Source: a bacterium
GTDB taxonomy: Bacteria > Margulisbacteria > Marinamargulisbacteria > GCA-2716485 > JAYNIM01
DNA length: 64,000 bases
Assembly (NCBI GenBank): GCA_038109055.1
Contig: JAYNIM010000003.1
Coordinates: forward strand, 20,269-84,268
Direction: 5' to 3'
Shown: piece by piece, positions 59,703-64,000 of the stretch
How positions within the stretch are numbered: position 1 is the stretch's first letter
Layout: every line of letters begins with the position of its first letter
Made by a program: the position numbers and the translations under genes
Notes under the pieces: generated by a model
What the model was told of the DNA's origin: nothing
Seen by the model: only the letters and a program-made list of their open reading frames with translations
The model's database searches: none

Positions 59703-61361
59703 ATGGCATCAAAACAATTAAAATATTCACATGAAGCTAAACGTGCTATTGCTGAAGGTATTGAAAAGGTAGCAAATGCGGTTGGGAGCACCTTAGGTCC
59801 CAATGGTAATAACGCTGTATTAGAAAAAAAGTGGGGATCACCAATAATTACGAATGATGGTGTGACTATTGCAAAGGATATTGATTTGGAAGACCCTTTT
59901 GAGAACATGGGGGCGCAGTTGATCAAGGAAGTTTCGTCTAAAACAAATGATGTTGCTGGTGATGGGACAACGACTGCAACAATTTTGGCTCATGCAATCT
60001 TTAAAGAAGGGTTAAAAAATGTTGTTGCAGGTGCAAATCCAATACAATTGAAGAAAGGGATTGAGAAAGCAACGTCTATTGCTGTTCAATCTTTGCGTAA
60101 TTTAAGTAAACCTGTTGAAACAAAAGAAGCTATTGCTCAGGTTGCAACTATTTCTGCTAATAATGATCCAGAAATTGGAAATCTTATTTCTGATGCAATG
60201 GAAAAAGTTGGTAAAGATGGTGTTATTACTGTTGAAGAATCTAAAGGTATTGAAACAGAATTAGAGGTTGTTGAAGGGATGCAGTTTGATAAAGGTTATG
60301 CATCTCCTTATATGGTTACAGACAAGGATAGAATGGAAGCTTCATTTGATGATCCGTTTATTTTAATTACAGATAAAAAGATTTCTGCGATTAAGGATTT
60401 GTTACCTATTCTTGAAAAAGTTGTACAAGCAGGTAAAGGATTGGTTGTTATTGCTGAGGATGTAGAAGGTGAAGCTTTGGCAACTATTGTTGTAAATAAA
60501 TTACGTGGTACTGTTAATTGTATGGCTATTAAGGCGCCTGGTTTTGGAGATCGTCGTAAAGCCATGTTAGAAGATATTGCTGTTTTGACGGGAGCTGAAG
60601 TTATCTCTGAAGAAAAAGGGCTTACTTTAGAAGCTGTAGAGCTTGAACAATTGGGATCAGCTGCGAAAGTTAAAGCTGATAAAGATAATACAACGATTGT
60701 TCAAGGTAAAGGTGATTCTGCTGCTATTGAGGCACGTGTTCAAGAAATTCGTCGTGAAATTGAAAACACTGATTCATCCTATGATAAAGAAAAAGCGCAA
60801 GAACGATTGGCAAAATTGTCTGGTGGTGTTGCGGTTGTTAAAGTTGGTGCGGCTACAGAAACAGAGTTGAAAGAGAAAAAACATCGTGTTGAAGATGCAT
60901 TATCTGCAACCAGAGCTGCTGTTGAAGAAGGGATTGTTCCCGGTGGTGGAACAGCTTTGCTTAGTTTGACGACTGAAATTGAAAAGGCTATAGGAAAAGG
61001 CACGTCGGATTTTGATATTGGAATGAGAATTGTTCTTAAAGCGTTGGATAAACCGTTGAGAAAAATTGCAGAAAATTCCGATGAAGATCCTTCTGTTATT
61101 GTTGATCGTGTTAAAAATGCTAAAACAGGATTTGGGTTTAATGCATTGACGGGTGAATTTGTTGAAATGATTGCAGCAGGTATTGTTGATCCTACTATGG
61201 TCACTATTTCTGCATTACGGCATTCAGCGTCTGTTGTTGGTTTGTTGTTGACTACAGATGTGTTGATTGCAGATAACCCTGAAGAAAGTAAAGCAGAAGC
61301 TGCTGCACCTGCAGGTGGTGGTATGGGCGGCATGGGTGGCGGTATGCCAGGTATGTACTAA
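59703..61361 (+). CDS. groEL: Chaperonin GroEL
   Basis: [39 protein letters not shown] tail. Confidence 0.99.
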   Translation: MASKQLKYSHEAKRAIAEGIEKVANAVGSTLGPNGNNAVLEKKWGSPIITNDGVTIAKDIDLEDPFENMGAQLIKEVSSKTNDVAGDGTTTATILAHAIFKEGLKNVVAGANPIQLKKGIEKATSIAVQSLRNLSKPVETKEAIAQVATISANNDPEIGNLISDAMEKVGKDGVITVEESKGIETELEVVEGMQFDKGYASPYMVTDKDRMEASFDDPFILITDKKISAIKDLLPILEKVVQAGKGLVVIAEDVEGEALATIVVNKLRGTVNCMAIKAPGFGDRRKAMLEDIAVLTGAEVISEEKGLTLEAVELEQLGSAAKVKADKDNTTIVQGKGDSAAIEARVQEIRREIENTDSSYDKEKAQERLAKLSGGVAVVKVGAATETELKEKKHRVEDALSATRAAVEEGIVPGGGTALLSLTTEIEKAIGKGTSDFDIGMRIVLKALDKPLRKIAENSDEDPSVIVDRVKNAKTGFGFNALTGEFVEMIAAGIVDPTMVTISALRHSASVVGLLLTTDVLIADNPEESKAEAAAPAGGGMGGMGGGMPGMY

Positions 61362-61384
61362 ACCTAGTTGTTTTATTTTTAGTG

Positions 61385-61415
61385 AATAGCAGGGCGAAAG
61401 CCCTGCTATTTTTTT
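61385..61415 (+). terminator. Rho-independent terminator of groESL
   Basis: AATAGCAGGGC-GAAA-GCCCTGCTATT followed by a T-run. Confidence 0.92.
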
Positions 61416-61490
61416 ATATATATTAGAGATTATGTCTTGATTTATTGTTATTTTTTGGTTAGTTTATTTTATGATTGAAATTTATTTGTA

Positions 61491-63038
61491 TTGTTTCTGT
61501 TTTTAATTTGGGGCAATATTTTGAGCTTAGTGGGTTTTGTTTTATTTCTTTGCTTATTGGGGGCTATTTTTGCTCTTTTTTTAAACTATAAATTTTTTAA
61601 TTTTCATTTTAAGTTCAATAATTTTCTAGCGTGGATTGTTTCGTTTGGGCTTGTTTTTTTGAGTTTTTTCGTACTTTATTTGTTTGTTCAGAGAAATATT
61701 TTTTATGCTGCTATTGTTAATCCTTTCTTGTGTTTGTTATATGTTTGTTTTGTTGCCTTGTTTTTTCATGACATTCGTTTATTTTTACAAGATAAAACAT
61801 CTAAGTTCTTTTTTATTTCCTATCAAAACTATGACCTGCTTTTACCAAAATTAACTAAAGTTTTGGGATTCTGTATTGACTTGGATCAGTTACTTCTTTG
61901 TTTTAAAGATACATGGTTCCCAGAATTAAATGTTAGCCGTTTTATCTTGTTGATTCCTAAAGAGCAAGAAGATGTGTGGCAACATGATTGGGTTTGTTAT
62001 CTTATTTCAAATATGGAAACTCAGGTTTTTGAAGTCAGTTCTAAAGAGATGACAATTTTTTCTCATGTGTCTTCTGATACGCAACTTTATTTTTATGATC
62101 AAATTTCGCCAAAACTTAAAGTTTTTTTTGATAGGCATCATCTTTCTTTATTATTACCTTGTTTTGGACCTGCTCGGCTGAATGGATTTTTCTGTATCGG
62201 AAAGAAAAAAAATGATAAAACTTTTTATAATAATGATATTTCCTTGTATAAAGTCTTGGCGGGACATATCGCATTAGCGTTACAACATATTCAACCCTAT
62301 GAATCGATTAAGCGTTCGTATGAAAAATATCGTGAAAACTTGGAGAAAGCATCTCAGCAAAGTGCCTTTTCTAGTTTAAGTATGGGAATTTCTCATGAAA
62401 TACGTAATCCTATGGCGGGTATTTTGACTCGTACGGAATTGCTTGAAAAAGATCCGGATAATGTAGAAGATGTGAAAGAATTTGTTCAGCGAGTTAAGCG
62501 AGATATTTTTCGTGTTTTGAATATTACGGATATTATGTTGCGTTATGGTAGTCCTGTTGTAAAGGATATGACCTTGATTTCTATGCCTGAACTTTTGGAT
62601 GATATTTTGTTTATGGCGAAAGGCAAGTGTCAACAAACTGGTATTCGTATTCAAAAAAATTTTATTGCTAATTTAAAGCCGGTTATTGGGGACTCTAATC
62701 GATTATATCAAGTGTTTACTAATATTGTTTTAAATGCGATAGAAGCAATGTCGGATTCGTCTGAAAAACTACTTTCTATTAGTACCTTGTATCATACTTT
62801 TACGAGTCAGGGAAAATTAACACCTGGGGTAGTGGTTATTATTCAAGATACAGGTTGCGGAATGTCTGCAGAAGTTTTACAACGAATTTTTGATCCTTTT
62901 TATACGACAAAATATAAAAATACGGGCTTGGGATTGTCTATTGTTGCTAAGGTTGTTAATGATCATAATGGATTGTTAAAGATCTTTTCTACTCCCAAAA
63001 AGGGGACAGAGTTTCGTATTTCTTTAGTTCAGGGATAG
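61491..63038 (+). CDS. Membrane sensor histidine kinase (TM-GAF-HisKA-HATPase)
   Basis: Hydrophobic N-terminus, GAF-like GFFCIGKK...Y...D...L, SHEIRNP, QVFTNIVLNA, DTGCGM, IFDPFYTTK, GLGL; start uncertain. Confidence 0.88.
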   Translation: MFLFLIWGNILSLVGFVLFLCLLGAIFALFLNYKFFNFHFKFNNFLAWIVSFGLVFLSFFVLYLFVQRNIFYAAIVNPFLCLLYVCFVALFFHDIRLFLQDKTSKFFFISYQNYDLLLPKLTKVLGFCIDLDQLLLCFKDTWFPELNVSRFILLIPKEQEDVWQHDWVCYLISNMETQVFEVSSKEMTIFSHVSSDTQLYFYDQISPKLKVFFDRHHLSLLLPCFGPARLNGFFCIGKKKNDKTFYNNDISLYKVLAGHIALALQHIQPYESIKRSYEKYRENLEKASQQSAFSSLSMGISHEIRNPMAGILTRTELLEKDPDNVEDVKEFVQRVKRDIFRVLNITDIMLRYGSPVVKDMTLISMPELLDDILFMAKGKCQQTGIRIQKNFIANLKPVIGDSNRLYQVFTNIVLNAIEAMSDSSEKLLSISTLYHTFTSQGKLTPGVVVIIQDTGCGMSAEVLQRIFDPFYTTKYKNTGLGLSIVAKVVNDHNGLLKIFSTPKKGTEFRISLVQG

Positions 63039-63042
63039 ATTT

Positions 63043-63999
63043 TTATGTCTTATGGGGGGTATTTTTATGTGTTTTAAGTGCATCAACAAAGGGGAGAAGC
63101 CCCTCTTCTAAAATTTCGTTTGGAATGTTTTGATTATCAGGAAGATGGTTGTTTCTTAGTTCTGGAAAAAAAGAATAAATATCGCTCATTTTAAATGGTT
63201 CTTGTGAGGTTAATTTTGTTTTGCTGCATTCGTTTAATAACGACATTTTTTGATTATTTGGGATCACATTTTCTGTAATCCAATTTTGTAATTTTGGGAT
63301 TATTTTTTTTAAGCGTTGCAAGCGAAGATTTTTTGAAATGGCGTTATTTAATGTTTCTTCTAAAAAAGGTTTATTTAGGTAGTCATGTGCGCCTAATTGT
63401 AATGCTTGGATGGCAATATCAAGTTCTTGATAGGCAGTTATGATGATGATGGAACAGTTTTTTTGATATTTTTTAATGTCCTTAATAAGTAATATTCCTG
63501 TTGTATCGGGAAGGTAAATATCTAAAAGTATCAGATCTATGGGTTCGTTTTTTAAATGATTTTTGCATTCTTTTCCGGTTTCTGCTGTTATTATGTTAAA
63601 TTTTGGCTGTAGTAACTTTTTTAATGCTAAATTGATGGACTGATCATCTTCCACAATTAAGATTGTATTTTTTTCTGTGCTTTGAGCATTGCTTTGGAAC
63701 TCATTGACTAATTTTTTTTGAAAACTAGCCAGCATTTTTTTATCCTCGTTTTGTGGTATTGTATTAGTTGTTTCCGTGTTCCATTTAATTTCCATATTTG
63801 TTTGTTCTATGACAATACGTTCTGTTAGGTCTTTTAATTTTTTTGTGTAATCTATATTTTTAACGGCTAAGGATAATTTATTTAGTAGGCTTCCTTTTTT
63901 AAAGGGGCTTAATAAATAATCAAAGGCGCCTGCTTTTAGTAGATCTACAGCTTCTGTTAAATTTTCATGATCCGAAAATATAATAAACTCAGGGCTGTT
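63043..63999 (-). CDS. Tandem-receiver response regulator, 5'-truncated by the window
   Basis: The frame stays open to the window end. The extra 68 codons (EFIIFSDHENLTEAVDLLKAGAFDYLLSPF) form the end of a first REC, followed by a canonical REC (ILIVEDD, LLDIYLPD, IITA, YLNKPF). Confidence 0.85.
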   Translation of the reverse strand, partial: NSPEFIIFSDHENLTEAVDLLKAGAFDYLLSPFKKGSLLNKLSLAVKNIDYTKKLKDLTERIVIEQTNMEIKWNTETTNTIPQNEDKKMLASFQKKLVNEFQSNAQSTEKNTILIVEDDQSINLALKKLLQPKFNIITAETGKECKNHLKNEPIDLILLDIYLPDTTGILLIKDIKKYQKNCSIIIITAYQELDIAIQALQLGAHDYLNKPFLEETLNNAISKNLRLQRLKKIIPKLQNWITENVIPNNQKMSLLNECSKTKLTSQEPFKMSDIYSFFPELRNNHLPDNQNIPNEILEEGLLPFVDALKTHKNTPHKT

Positions 64000-64000
64000 G

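Overview
Origin-proximal chromosomal region of an AT-rich bacterium using genetic code 11. The mix of Bacillus-type parS sites, AddAB, a CIRCE-like operator, HisZ/HisGs, a SigB/F-type sigma factor and a large outer-membrane-like protein suggests a diderm Terrabacterium, plausibly Margulisbacteria (inference only). Most genes are housekeeping: gatCAB, hpf, a half-length glmU, rpsF-ssb-ssb-rpsR-rplI, uvrC, ribF-menA-addBA, parAB with six parS-like sites, rpsB-tsf-dgt, an amidase, nadC, queA, ruvC, a partial dcw cluster, dnaA-dnaN-recF-dciA, purA, hisZG and groESL. A bipartite oriC flanks dnaA, with DnaA boxes, DnaA-trios and a GC-skew flip. Two features are absent from the ORF track: a 29-aa bS22/mS38-like ribosomal protein and a 6S RNA. 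The most unusual items are (1) a two-gene KaiC-like module (single KaiC ATPase plus a receiver-KaiC fusion, no kaiA/kaiB in the window), (2) a 609-aa non-RNase III protein with tandem dsRNA-binding domains beside oriC, (3) two complementary SSB paralogues, (4) a 1735-aa SprA-like protein, (5) a fused double-hotdog FabZ with a split catalytic dyad, and (6) a repeat-rich orphan followed by an in-frame duplicated C-terminus. No CRISPR array, tRNA, rRNA or transposase was seen. All family calls come from motif recognition by eye, not from database searches.
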